DNA of 64,000 nucleotides from a virus (IMGVR_UViG_3300002054_000021:77864-141863), one strand, 5' to 3'; shown: positions 39,044 to 48,557, counted from the first letter of the stretch. The notes: generated by a model not told the origin, from the letters alone. A program made the numbers and translations.

Positions 39044-39316
39044 GTGTTTATTCTGGGGGTTGATATAGACATGGTTTCTATAGAGAATAGGTATATTGAG
39101 CTATTAACTTTCCTAGTTGGCCATAAAGGTAATAACGAGGGTTTGGATATTTGGATTGATTATGACGCTGATAGCAAAAATATTAAAATTATAACAGAAA
39201 AAATTGATGGATCAAAGCCTAATTGTTGGCAGAGAAGGCTAGATTGGGTTTACTATATGGACGTTACAAGTTGCACAAGTTTTGATTTTAACTATGATCA
39301 TAAGGAGATATTTTAG
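39044..39316 (+). CDS. DLW-motif family, paralogue 9
   Basis: N-terminus YIELLTFLVGHKGNNEGLDIWIDYD. Alternative start at 39071. Confidence 0.5.
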   Translation: MFILGVDIDMVSIENRYIELLTFLVGHKGNNEGLDIWIDYDADSKNIKIITEKIDGSKPNCWQRRLDWVYYMDVTSCTSFDFNYDHKEIF

Positions 39317-39592
39317 ATGTCAGATAAAATGAGAGACGCCTTCATAGCTTACAGTAAAGATGAGGATGAAAAAAACAGGATTTCCTCGATACATGATTTT
39401 AGTGCAGGTTGGAAATATTGTAGAGAGTTAGGGGTGTCTGTTGATAGTGCCAGACTTACCAAAAGAGAGATGTTTGCAGTTATGGCTATGCAGGGTTTTT
39501 GTGCTAAAGATACAGGTCTTGACAGCAATATTTCTAGTAGGGCATTACGCATCGCAGACGACCTTATTAAAGAGTTGGAGAAGGTTGATTAA
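39317..39592 (+). CDS. hypothetical protein
   Basis: 91-aa ORF. Confidence 0.45.
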   Translation: MSDKMRDAFIAYSKDEDEKNRISSIHDFSAGWKYCRELGVSVDSARLTKREMFAVMAMQGFCAKDTGLDSNISSRALRIADDLIKELEKVD

Positions 39593-39779
39593 CTCTTACA
39601 AAATTATATTGGAAAAGATATGCGAGCTGTCAGATCAAGAAGATGATATGTGGGTGCATATAGATCATGATGGGCATTACTTTTTCATCTTTCGTGGATC
39701 AGCTTTTTCTAAACTAACGCAAGAAGAAAAAAGGCAGGGAATGCTTGCTTCCCCCGTCTGTTTCAGGAAAAATATCTAA
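39585..39779 (+). CDS. DLW-motif family, paralogue 10 (short)
   Basis: TTG at 39585 after GGAGAAGG. N-terminus INSYKIILEKICELSDQEDDMWVHID. Confidence 0.4.
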   Translation: MINSYKIILEKICELSDQEDDMWVHIDHDGHYFFIFRGSAFSKLTQEEKRQGMLASPVCFRKNI

Positions 39780-39830
39780 TCCAGAGAAAGTATCAATACG
39801 AGTAAAGCTATCAGATAGACCAATAGATAA

Positions 39831-39842
39831 TTTTCGCATCTT
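39831..39842 (+). repeat. TTTTCGCATCTT motif copy
   Basis: Ends 5 nt before the ATG at 39848. No Shine-Dalgarno sequence. Confidence 0.6.
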
Positions 39843-39847
39843 TACAC

Positions 39848-40174
39848 ATGAATAACGTCATGAACATATACAGAGAAATATTGTGTGGAATAATGGATAA
39901 TAATGACGGCATTAATGATATGTGGGTGCAAGTCCATAAAAGTTTTTTTCTTATCCACCACGAACAAGGATACAAAGACGTAGCAATTAAAAGGCTCGAT
40001 CTCCCAATGAGAAATCAAATGCGTATTAAATTAGTCAATGGAGTTCCGTATAGGTCCAATTATATAATCTCTGATGACGGTGTAAAATTGTCTTCAAGAT
40101 CCATGCAGGAAGATGACATGGGGAAAATAGTTTCAATATCTTACAAGAAAATTGCTACTTCAAATGAAAAGTGA
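39848..40174 (+). CDS. DLW-motif family, paralogue 11
   Basis: N-terminus YREILCGIMDNNDGINDMWVQVH. Confidence 0.55.
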   Translation: MNNVMNIYREILCGIMDNNDGINDMWVQVHKSFFLIHHEQGYKDVAIKRLDLPMRNQMRIKLVNGVPYRSNYIISDDGVKLSSRSMQEDDMGKIVSISYKKIATSNEK

Positions 40175-40496
40175 AGAAATAAAATATATCGATGTATTGA
40201 GCAAAGTTGTCGAGCTTAGTAATGATCCGCAAGTAAAGGATGTGTGGGTGAGGTACGGATTAGATAAAAAGTATTTATCGACTGAAGAATTTTTAACTGT
40301 AATTGAAATGCACGACAATGAAGATATGATAATTGGGGATAGGAGGAGAAGTTTTTTAAATACGGCTGTATTGATAAGTAATAGAGGCTCCTTTAAAAGA
40401 GGGTGCCTTTTCTCAGATCATAAATTGTGGAAAAAAATTCCACAAAAAAACAAAATACTTGGCATTTTAGAGTTAAAAGATATCACTGAGGGGTGA
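40164..40496 (+). CDS. DLW-motif family, paralogue 12
   Basis: ATG at 40164. N-terminus YIDVLSKVVELSNDPQVKDVWVRY. Confidence 0.5.
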   Translation: MKSEEIKYIDVLSKVVELSNDPQVKDVWVRYGLDKKYLSTEEFLTVIEMHDNEDMIIGDRRRSFLNTAVLISNRGSFKRGCLFSDHKLWKKIPQKNKILGILELKDITEG

Positions 40497-40497
40497 G

Positions 40498-40779
40498 ATG
40501 AAATTTAAGTATATTGATATATTGAGTTTAATGGTTGAAAATTTTGACCCAAATTATGATTTATGGGTGTCTATAAATCATTACCATGTAAGCGTTTACT
40601 ATGAGAGGGGATTCACAGAGATATCAGATTCTGAAAGACGGATGGATTCGCTAGTTACAGCTACTCGCTTCACCAATCTTTCTAAAGATCATTATTATAA
40701 AAAAATATATAAACCAACAAATCAAGGAAGTCTAACTAAACATGAAGTATTGAGCTATTCGAAGTTAATCAGCGATTGA
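40498..40779 (+). CDS. DLW-motif family, paralogue 13
   Basis: N-terminus YIDILSLMVENFDPNYDLWVSIN. GAGGGGTGAG RBS. Confidence 0.55.
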   Translation: MKFKYIDILSLMVENFDPNYDLWVSINHYHVSVYYERGFTEISDSERRMDSLVTATRFTNLSKDHYYKKIYKPTNQGSLTKHEVLSYSKLISD

Positions 40780-40836
40780 CATCAGGTTAAATCACATGTA
40801 ATAATATTTTCTATATTTATTCAAATTGAGTTCGAT

Positions 40837-41820
40837 ATGCCAGAAGAAGAAAAAGAGCGTGTACGCATTGATCATATGACTATAGATTACAGTTCGCATA
40901 ATGTAGGTCAAGGTAGGCTTATAGGTTATGATATGGGTATTCGAGACAGGACTATGATAGCTACTAGTACAATAGGTGCATACACATCTCAAATGGCTCA
41001 CTATCAAAGGTCTATGCATGAGGCAGCTCAGCAATTTTCAATGACGATGAATAGTGGTATGCATGAACGCCTCATAGAGATTTTTACAAACAGCACAAGA
41101 AATCATAACAGTGTATCAAGTGAGGGCCAAAATACATTCAAACGAAATAAGGGTTATTTTTCTAATTCTAATCTTATTTGGGAAGAGTATAGAAATCATA
41201 TAAAAAGAAATAAACCTGAAGATCTAGATTTTAAAACTATTTCAGAGGGCATAACGAGTAAAGACTATATACCATATGTCAAAAAAAGAATAGATTATAT
41301 GACTAGCGCGTCCGATGTCAGGTCGCACATTAACGGACTTAATAGTTCTATTAAATATATCGGTCATAGTAATGGTTACATCACGACAGACATGAAAAAT
41401 ATTTGGGAAGAACTAATAGCATCTTCTGATAATGCAATTGATGACTTAAAAAAATCTTTTGGTATAGATATTTTACCCATTATTAAAATGGTGAGGGCTA
41501 TAACCCCAATACCATCATATGCAAGTTTGTTAAACTTAACTAATTTTGTTCAACATCTGATAGGTGCGAGGTTTTACAATGAGGACTATAACTTCAAAAT
41601 AAATCCTTCTGCAAGCGGAAAGTTCTCATTTAAACCTCACAAGCCTCACATGTATTTAAATATTGAAATAGGAAGTCTGCTTGTAATTATAGACTGTAAG
41701 TCTTCAATTAGTAATTGGGAGCCAGTAGGGCTTTATGTTGCTCACGATAAAGATCCTGAAAAACACAAGAGTGAGGACAAAGCAAGGTCTGAACGAGGGC
41801 TTCTTGCAATGTACCCCTGA
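40837..41820 (+). CDS. hypothetical protein
   Basis: 327-aa ORF. Confidence 0.5.
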   Translation: MPEEEKERVRIDHMTIDYSSHNVGQGRLIGYDMGIRDRTMIATSTIGAYTSQMAHYQRSMHEAAQQFSMTMNSGMHERLIEIFTNSTRNHNSVSSEGQNTFKRNKGYFSNSNLIWEEYRNHIKRNKPEDLDFKTISEGITSKDYIPYVKKRIDYMTSASDVRSHINGLNSSIKYIGHSNGYITTDMKNIWEELIASSDNAIDDLKKSFGIDILPIIKMVRAITPIPSYASLLNLTNFVQHLIGARFYNEDYNFKINPSASGKFSFKPHKPHMYLNIEIGSLLVIIDCKSSISNWEPVGLYVAHDKDPEKHKSEDKARSERGLLAMYP

Positions 41821-41973
41821 GGCAGAAACCATAGGACAAAGTTCATGAATAAACACAGTATTGAAAATTACGAAAAAAAAATAGAGGAAGAAGATGTCAG
41901 CTAAGTTAGATGAAAGGCCTGTTAATTGTAGGTTTAGATTTAAGGACGAAGGTAAGCCTTATGGAAAGTCTGG

Positions 41974-42192
41974 GTGCAGAGTTGTAAATTGCGGCGGGTC
42001 TTTAACCCCAAATGCAATTATAGTAATGTAAAATTCAAACCCCCAACGACAGCACAAACAAAAAACCAAATTCAAGACTTGATAGATCGTCACAAGTCGG
42101 ATGGGAAAAATTCAGAAAAATGGCAAGATGAATATAGACAGCTACATTTAGATACACTTGAAGCTTTGAGGAGATATAAGGAGCTATTGTGA
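41974..42192 (+). CDS. hypothetical protein (start uncertain)
   Basis: GTG start. Overlaps an alternative 45-codon ORF at 41894. Confidence 0.3.
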   Translation: MQSCKLRRVFNPKCNYSNVKFKPPTTAQTKNQIQDLIDRHKSDGKNSEKWQDEYRQLHLDTLEALRRYKELL

Positions 42193-42473
42193 CAATAATT
42201 CCATACAAAAATATATTATCTGTTATGGTTGAATTATCTAAAGATGAATCTGTTGAGGATGTGTGGTGCGATTTGACTAATAAATCTTGTCTTTATGGCT
42301 CAATTCCAATTATTAGACAGATGGGGTCGTCAAGGTTATTAGATGATGAGCATAAAAGAAGACATTATCTAAGTAATTATATAGTGCATTCATCAGGGTA
42401 CACAGTGCAAAAGAGCGGCATACACATTGAAGGTCAAGCGCCTTGGTTAAATATGTCTAGGATTATATTTTAA
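42189..42473 (+). CDS. DLW-motif family, paralogue 14
   Basis: GTG after AAGGAG. N-terminus YKNILSVMVELSKDESVEDVWCDL. Confidence 0.5.
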   Translation: MTIIPYKNILSVMVELSKDESVEDVWCDLTNKSCLYGSIPIIRQMGSSRLLDDEHKRRHYLSNYIVHSSGYTVQKSGIHIEGQAPWLNMSRIIF

Positions 42474-42489
42474 ATACGATTAATAAATT

Positions 42490-42843
42490 ATGATAAATGA
42501 ATATAGATTGATACTTGAGAAGATATGTAGCATTGAGGGCAGTCAAGACCTATGGGTAGTGCCTTATAAGAATAAAGGGTGCGAAGATTTAAAAGTAACC
42601 ATATACAACGAAAATGGAATTAATAATATGCCATATTCTGCAAGAAGGCAAGATACACCATTTTTTTATTCTGAGACAAAGGCAAAATATAATGTGGCAT
42701 ATAGATTAGATTATGACGTTTCCGAAGATGGTCTTAATTTGGTTTCTGTAAAATATAGAGGTATAATACATAATGGAATGAATTTTGATGAAGAAGATTG
42801 CTATAAGGGTATATCTCCTATTCAATTACCAAATAAAAGATAG
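42490..42843 (+). CDS. DLW-motif family, paralogue 15
   Basis: N-terminus YRLILEKICSIEGSQDLWVVPY. Confidence 0.55.
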   Translation: MINEYRLILEKICSIEGSQDLWVVPYKNKGCEDLKVTIYNENGINNMPYSARRQDTPFFYSETKAKYNVAYRLDYDVSEDGLNLVSVKYRGIIHNGMNFDEEDCYKGISPIQLPNKR

Positions 42844-42851
42844 TGATTTAA

Positions 42852-43370
42852 ATGATAAACCTGTATAAGTACACACTTCAGAAGATAGTTGAGTATGACT
42901 TAGACGGAGATTTGTGGGTTTACCTCGACAAGGAAAGGGGAATTGTGTCAATATACAATGAGGATTGCCTATATTCTGTAAGGGAGCAGGATAGAAGGAG
43001 GGCTATAGCTACACACTCTCTGAGGCATAATAGGAGAAAACAATCTAATTCATTTAGATCTGATAGGCATCCAGAAGAGTATGATTATCATGACGAGGAT
43101 TTCAAAGCGGGGTATGAGGCAAAGTCACAAGAAGTGAAGTGGTATGAGATCAATGATCCTATAGTTGAAAAATGGAAAGATGGGCGCAAAGTTGACCTAA
43201 TGATTAACAACATATCCCCCAATAACACAAAAATAACCAAAAGAAGAGTTGTTGATATGTATTATTGTCCAAAAATTAAAGCATGGAGAGGTGATTATTA
43301 CATACCGTCATATATAGATATAACACACATCATGCTTCCTATGTTATTAAGTGATAATAATGCCAAGTGA
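42852..43370 (+). CDS. DLW-motif family, paralogue 16 (long basic C-terminal extension)
   Basis: N-terminus YKYTLQKIVEYDLDGDLWVYLD. Confidence 0.55.
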   Translation: MINLYKYTLQKIVEYDLDGDLWVYLDKERGIVSIYNEDCLYSVREQDRRRAIATHSLRHNRRKQSNSFRSDRHPEEYDYHDEDFKAGYEAKSQEVKWYEINDPIVEKWKDGRKVDLMINNISPNNTKITKRRVVDMYYCPKIKAWRGDYYIPSYIDITHIMLPMLLSDNNAK

Positions 43371-43764
43371 AATATCTAAAAAACTAACAAACATATCTAA
43401 AAAGATGAGAGTTGAACTCCTGCCAATAGTCATACCTGCTAAGAATTACTGGGAATATGAATATAAGGACTTATTGGCTTTAGTGGTTAATGTAAAGAAT
43501 TATATCGAAAATGCTGGTTTTTTATTAAATGATATTATATTTGTTGAATCAGAATATGGTCATGCTGATCGCGGGAATCCTGTTGTCATAATAAGGTTCA
43601 ACCATTATTACGTATTGGACTTCTTTAACGGAGGGGGTCAAGTTCACATAGAGATATCACAATATGACGATAACTTGTCTCACAACCGTATAGCTATGAG
43701 AAATTGTCAATTACAATATGTAAGTGTCGGAGATAAGTTTGAATTAAGGCTTATCAAGTATTAA
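43351..43764 (+). CDS. family-B small protein, paralogue 1
   Basis: Motif NYWEYEYKDLLALVVNVKNYIENAGFLLNDIIFV. Related to the genes at 46295 and 46642. Confidence 0.5.
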   Translation: MIIMPSEISKKLTNISKKMRVELLPIVIPAKNYWEYEYKDLLALVVNVKNYIENAGFLLNDIIFVESEYGHADRGNPVVIIRFNHYYVLDFFNGGGQVHIEISQYDDNLSHNRIAMRNCQLQYVSVGDKFELRLIKY

Positions 43765-43803
43765 AGCTATTGATTTATATAAATAACAGTATATAAGTCT
43801 CCC

Positions 43804-44142
43804 ATGACACATATTAATAAATTAGACAAAGACCTAAGAGGCGCGGCGGAATCCCTTAAGGGAATAATGGACAATATTGAAATACACATAGAATCCATGA
43901 GGCAATACATATTAGATTTAAACCTACACCCCGATACAATGACAGAAGTCAGTATAGGAGAGTTTAACCTAAGCGGATTTACAAAGTATAAGATACCTTT
44001 CCTAAGATTCGAAAAAAACAAAATCATATTTGACAATCCTAATGGATATCACAAAGACACATTGGAAGTTCCTATGGTTGATATGTCTATAGAGGGTATA
44101 AATAAACTTATAGAAGAATATGAGGACGGCAATAATGAGTAA
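43804..44142 (+). CDS. hypothetical protein
   Basis: 112-aa ORF. Confidence 0.45.
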   Translation: MTHINKLDKDLRGAAESLKGIMDNIEIHIESMRQYILDLNLHPDTMTEVSIGEFNLSGFTKYKIPFLRFEKNKIIFDNPNGYHKDTLEVPMVDMSIEGINKLIEEYEDGNNE

Positions 44143-44286
44143 GATGACTAAGATATATAACCTATTCTGTTATTGCTGTGTATATAGGAATAACTATGGA
44201 CTTTGTTCTAATGACAGAGTTTAGTGGATTGGGCGTTACACTTACATTATTAACTATATTAGGATTAACATACCTATGGCGGGGAA

Positions 44287-44532
44287 TTGATAGTGATTAA
44301 ACAAAAAGAAATAAAAGAAAGTCAATGTGATCACTGCCTTGAGACAGAAAAGACGAGCACTAGAAAGCCTTTTAATATATATAGGATAACTGTTAACTTC
44401 GATCATGCTGGAAAACTTGAAGAGTTTACAAAGGATTTCTGTGGAAGATGTTGGGTAGAGAATAACAGACTGTTTTATACAGGAGATAAGACAGTAATAA
44501 TGAGAGATGGCGGCAGTGTTAGTAAGGTGTAA
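44287..44532 (+). CDS. small zinc-binding protein
   Basis: Motif CDHC...CGRC. Confidence 0.45.
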   Translation: MIVIKQKEIKESQCDHCLETEKTSTRKPFNIYRITVNFDHAGKLEEFTKDFCGRCWVENNRLFYTGDKTVIMRDGGSVSKV

Positions 44533-44537
44533 TAATA

Positions 44538-44789
44538 ATGAAAACAGAATACACATTTGAAACAACTCTCAATATGGGAGATTATCAGCATATAGTCACT
44601 ATGAAGATATATAATTGTCGTATGCATCCGAATAAATGGTCATGGCAAGTTGATGGGTTAAGTAATGGATACCTTATACATATAGCAAGGACAAAAGGAA
44701 GGGGTTCGGCGGGACCATTTAACTCAGCCAATAATGCTATGAAAAATGCAGAAAAGCACGGAGTAATAGCTCCCGAAGGATTCTATTAA
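44538..44789 (+). CDS. hypothetical protein
   Basis: 83-aa ORF. Confidence 0.45.
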   Translation: MKTEYTFETTLNMGDYQHIVTMKIYNCRMHPNKWSWQVDGLSNGYLIHIARTKGRGSAGPFNSANNAMKNAEKHGVIAPEGFY

Positions 44790-44822
44790 GCAATAATACT
44801 GTTTTATAAAGGAAACAATAAC

Positions 44823-44969
44823 ATGATAGATATATTAGAAGAAGATGATGTAGAGATAACAATAGATCAATTTGGTAAATTATGGGTCAATACAAAGGAT
44901 GGATGTCAATTACGTATTGGTAAATGTAAGAATATTGTTATAGATGACAAGTTTAATAATAAGACTTAG
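44823..44969 (+). CDS. small protein (48 aa)
   Basis: AAAGGAAA RBS. Below the track's size cutoff. Confidence 0.35.
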   Translation: MIDILEEDDVEITIDQFGKLWVNTKDGCQLRIGKCKNIVIDDKFNNKT

Positions 44970-44987
44970 TATAGCAATTGGATATAA

Positions 44988-45338
44988 TTGGGTATTGTTA
45001 TGAGTGATAATTTAATGAGGTTAATATCATCAATAGAGGATATATTGAAACATGACATCAATTATGAAGATATAGACTTAATAGGGAATGAAGCTAAAAG
45101 GGAAAGGGTTACTTCGGCACATAAGGCTATATTGGATTATAAGGATAGTGTTAATGATGAAAAAACTCAAGAAGCTATCGACTACTTTAAGGATATGGCA
45201 AAAAGTAAGAGGATGAATGCACAATATAATCGCAAAACACCTAGACGGGGTAATCCGAGGGAAGATTTAGCGAAGGTTAATGATAAGCATGCTCTATATT
45301 ATGACTTAGCTGTTGTGAAATTGTCGAATATTGGGTAA
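44988..45338 (+). CDS. hypothetical protein
   Basis: 116-aa ORF. Confidence 0.45.
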   Translation: MGIVMSDNLMRLISSIEDILKHDINYEDIDLIGNEAKRERVTSAHKAILDYKDSVNDEKTQEAIDYFKDMAKSKRMNAQYNRKTPRRGNPREDLAKVNDKHALYYDLAVVKLSNIG

Positions 45339-45341
45339 GAA

Positions 45342-45890
45342 TTGGTGGTTATGAAGGAATTGGGTAAAAATATTGATGAAAAGTGGGAGATTGCCAAAAA
45401 GAGTACTTTAGTGTCTATCTATGACCTAATTTATATTTTTGACGTCGATATTACTGGGTTTTTGGATTTGATTCCAAGTTTTCGCAATAAGATTACATAT
45501 TTGCAATTTTTACAGATTTCCAGAATATTTAATGATATTATCGATAAACGATATGAAGACTACGATTGCAATCTAAAATTCAATCATAACTCAAGCGCCA
45601 AGATTAATATCTTAGGTGATCCAGAATGTATGTCCGAGATATATATAAACATGGAGTTCTCTAACCTCCTTGTAGTGATAGAGCTTAACTGTGTTTTCGA
45701 GAGTCCTAATGTAAATTGGTTTGTCAGCGATGTTTCTGCGTGCTATCTATATGGGGACGATTTGAAAGATAGTGTGCCTTATTATGGTTATAAGGACAGA
45801 ACGCTTTGGCCTATGTATGATTCGTATCACAATAAGGAAAATGATGGCGGTATGACTGTAGATTATAAAAGATATTATGAGGCGAAGTAA
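45342..45890 (+). CDS. hypothetical protein
   Basis: 182-aa ORF. Confidence 0.45.
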   Translation: MVVMKELGKNIDEKWEIAKKSTLVSIYDLIYIFDVDITGFLDLIPSFRNKITYLQFLQISRIFNDIIDKRYEDYDCNLKFNHNSSAKINILGDPECMSEIYINMEFSNLLVVIELNCVFESPNVNWFVSDVSACYLYGDDLKDSVPYYGYKDRTLWPMYDSYHNKENDGGMTVDYKRYYEAK

Positions 45891-46298
45891 ATGAGATATC
45901 CCAACTCAAAAGACACCGCAATTCTAGATATTATGGGAAAAGACCTTATTTTCTCTATTTTATCTATAAAGGATCATGGAGAATTGTCTTATATCTACAT
46001 GTTGAGCGTTATAAATGCAGCTGATATTCATACTAATGGAGAGGTGGGTGTAAAAGTTAATAAGTTTGTAGATAGCTCGTTCATTAATATTGTCTATCCT
46101 TATCATGTAGCGGAGGTTAACTTTTCAGCAAGTTCTGATAGAAAGTCGTGGAATTTTGCTTATGTGAGATTTATGGAGTGTACTAAATGCTGGTCAAAAA
46201 TGGATACTAGAGCTGAGATGACTATAAATATCAGTGAGCATGGAATCAACAATTCTGTAATATATAGAGAGTCTGACTTAAAAGGTATGATGTCATGA
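45891..46298 (+). CDS. hypothetical protein
   Basis: 135-aa ORF. Confidence 0.45.
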   Translation: MRYPNSKDTAILDIMGKDLIFSILSIKDHGELSYIYMLSVINAADIHTNGEVGVKVNKFVDSSFINIVYPYHVAEVNFSASSDRKSWNFAYVRFMECTKCWSKMDTRAEMTINISEHGINNSVIYRESDLKGMMS

Positions 46299-46651
46299 AC
46301 TCCGAAAAGCTTAATACAATTAGGGATGAGCTTAATTTAAAAGACCTTATAAAGATATTTCCTGTTGGAGAACCTGCAAACTATATGCAATCTCTAATGT
46401 TAACTGTAAATTTAAAGAAATTTTTAGAATCAAAAGGCGTGAAGGTTAACGATATATTTTTCTGGGGTGGTAATTATGAAGTCTTAATTATAAGAATAGA
46501 TGATAGTTTTTTAATTGAATATGATCATGAGAGAGTGTGTTTGACATGGAGTTATAGTTATGATGCGATTAAAAAGATTTTAAGAGACTGTAAATCTGTT
46601 TATGAAACAGGATCTGTTATCCATGCTAAACTAGGACAAAAATGTATATAG
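46295..46651 (+). CDS. family-B small protein, paralogue 2
   Basis: Motif NYMQSLMLTVNLKKFLESKGVKVNDIFFW. Confidence 0.5.
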   Translation: MNSEKLNTIRDELNLKDLIKIFPVGEPANYMQSLMLTVNLKKFLESKGVKVNDIFFWGGNYEVLIIRIDDSFLIEYDHERVCLTWSYSYDAIKKILRDCKSVYETGSVIHAKLGQKCI

Positions 46652-47118
46652 ATAGCTCTAAGACAAAGAAAGCCACTGACCGTTGTCATAAATTTATCCT
46701 TAAATATTATGATAGGACAGCATTTGCGTTTAATTTTGATGATTATCGTATTGATACAAGTATGATAATTGATACAAGTATGATAAATAACAGAAAGATA
46801 ATAATTCCTAATTACACTCAAGCTCTTAAGTCGCTTTTATTTATTATGAATAAATTTGAAGAGCTGAACATGCCAGTTTATGATATAATATATGATATAG
46901 AGCATTATATAGTGGTTTGCTGTATTACCGAGCACGAGGGTATTTATCTATCTCTCACAAAAGAAAGAAGCCCAATGATGTATTTTAGCATATACAATCT
47001 GAATGAACTGGGCAGAAATATGTGGTTTAGATACCCTGAGCTTGAAATTGATGATGTAGTGGAGATGAAAGGTATAAATATTATAAATAAATTCGCATCT
47101 TCAGCCGTGTCCACTTGA
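46642..47118 (+). CDS. family-B small protein, paralogue 3
   Basis: Motif NYTQALKSLLFIMNKFEELNMPVYDIIY. Confidence 0.45.
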   Translation: MYIDSSKTKKATDRCHKFILKYYDRTAFAFNFDDYRIDTSMIIDTSMINNRKIIIPNYTQALKSLLFIMNKFEELNMPVYDIIYDIEHYIVVCCITEHEGIYLSLTKERSPMMYFSIYNLNELGRNMWFRYPELEIDDVVEMKGINIINKFASSAVST

Positions 47119-47154
47119 CAGGGTTTAAATAAGGGTTTACACAATCATATAATT

Positions 47155-47418
47155 TTGGAGTCTATCATGTTACTATCTTTACTTTCTTTCATTTTCATCA
47201 TTGGCCTTATTTGGTTTGGTGCGGGTTACGTTGCTATTAAAATTGTTGTCAAATATGATGAAGACCCCATTGACCGTGATGATGTTAGGACTTTGCTCTT
47301 GCTTGGTATATTTTCATTGGCTCTAACAGTCTGGGAATATATTCTAAAGCTTGAATTTGAAAAGATTGTTGGCCGCGTACTTAATAAAGTTCAACCCACA
47401 GACAAAGAAGATAGATAA
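47155..47418 (+). CDS. small two-transmembrane protein, family C paralogue 1
   Basis: Tandem homologue of the gene at 47418. Confidence 0.5.
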   Translation: MESIMLLSLLSFIFIIGLIWFGAGYVAIKIVVKYDEDPIDRDDVRTLLLLGIFSLALTVWEYILKLEFEKIVGRVLNKVQPTDKEDR

Positions 47419-47699
47419 TGCTTAAGTCATTTATATCAGTTTTATTTGTATGCTTACTGTGCTGGGCTGCTTGTGGTTTTATCGCGTGTAAACTAGCCAC
47501 TATGAGTGGTAGGTATAGAATTGACAGGCAAGAGGCTAAATTTTTGCTGTCTTTGGGTCCGTTTGGTATATTTATAGCTTTGATCATAATGGCAGATATA
47601 GGTGATTTTAAATTTATTGGAGAATTTACTGACAGGATTGGCCAGAGGATTGCTGATGCAGTAAATAAGGATGAACCCCCTACTTCTGAGGATAAATAA
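47418..47699 (+). CDS. small two-transmembrane protein, family C paralogue 2
   Basis: Shares its transmembrane architecture, the R-D/E...LLSLG stretch and an acidic C-terminus with the gene at 47155. Confidence 0.5.
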   Translation: MLKSFISVLFVCLLCWAACGFIACKLATMSGRYRIDRQEAKFLLSLGPFGIFIALIIMADIGDFKFIGEFTDRIGQRIADAVNKDEPPTSEDK

Positions 47700-47711
47700 T
47701 TTTCGCATCTT
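47700..47711 (+). repeat. TTTTCGCATCTT motif copy
   Basis: 33 nt upstream of the ATG at 47745. Followed by CACCCGTCTCCATTTT. Confidence 0.6.
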
Positions 47712-47744
47712 CACCCGTCTCCATTTTTACACAAGAATTTTTAT

Positions 47745-47981
47745 ATGCTTAAAGGTGAATACAAGATAAAAAGATCCATTACTCTAGATAATGGTGACGA
47801 ATATGTCGGATATGTCTTTACTGATCAATATAGTTACGGCATAACTCTTGATATAGATAAAGCAACTATATATACTAAGCACCCTAAGGATATTTTTAGA
47901 GGATCAAAAACCCTGCATGGTTATATTAGCAAAAAGAACCCTCTTGTTAAAACAGAGAAGTATAGCTTTATTGCGCCATAA
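47745..47981 (+). CDS. hypothetical protein
   Basis: 78-aa ORF. Confidence 0.45.
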   Translation: MLKGEYKIKRSITLDNGDEYVGYVFTDQYSYGITLDIDKATIYTKHPKDIFRGSKTLHGYISKKNPLVKTEKYSFIAP

Positions 47982-47982
47982 A

Positions 47983-48023
47983 TTTTCGCATCTTCACGAG
48001 TCTAGTTACAATATTCGCATCTT
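47983..48023 (+). repeat. two TTTTCGCATCTT-type motif copies (47983-47994, 48013-48023)
   Basis: Tandem pair upstream of the ATG at 48039. Confidence 0.6.
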
Positions 48024-48038
48024 TAACAGGTTATTATT

Positions 48039-48545
48039 ATGGATATGAAATTAGATTTCTATATTAATAAAATTGGCAAAATACTCCCTATGCTGAAAGA
48101 CTTTCCAACAACTGGGAAGGTTGAGCGCAGTTATAAGGAGATGATCGAAACATCCATGATGGCAGAGAAGATATTTAAAGACTTGGGATATGATTACATA
48201 GATATTATAGACACTAAAGGCTCAGCTCTTATTTTATGTCACCTTGGCAACGGATTCTGCGTATCCATAAATACATCTGTTCAAACTAGAGTTATAATGG
48301 TTGTTTATCAATTTGACAGGCAGTGTGATTTGGATCACCTAAAGAAGATAAGTAGGCAGTCTTTCGGAATGTTAAATGGTAATGGTGACGTTATTAGGGT
48401 AACGGGTGGTTATAAATTTGATGGTGTTCATGAACCTATCATAAGGACTGCCCCTAGGGACGAATATGATGACCTTATAGAGGGTTATAATCGCAGACTG
48501 GATATAGAGTTGGACTTTCCTTTAGACTGGGATGCCCCTCTATAA
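48039..48545 (+). CDS. hypothetical protein
   Basis: 168-aa ORF. Confidence 0.5.
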   Translation: MDMKLDFYINKIGKILPMLKDFPTTGKVERSYKEMIETSMMAEKIFKDLGYDYIDIIDTKGSALILCHLGNGFCVSINTSVQTRVIMVVYQFDRQCDLDHLKKISRQSFGMLNGNGDVIRVTGGYKFDGVHEPIIRTAPRDEYDDLIEGYNRRLDIELDFPLDWDAPL

Positions 48546-48557
48546 TTTTCGCATCTT
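48546..48557 (+). repeat. TTTTCGCATCTT motif copy
   Basis: Followed by GACATGTCTCCATTTT, the same extension as the copy at 47700. Confidence 0.6.

Noticed and set aside
41894-42031. 45-codon ORF MSAKLDERPVNCRF... with AGAGGAAGAAG RBS
   Set aside because: Overlaps out of frame with the 41974-42192 ORF. I cannot decide between them from sequence alone, so neither is called with confidence.
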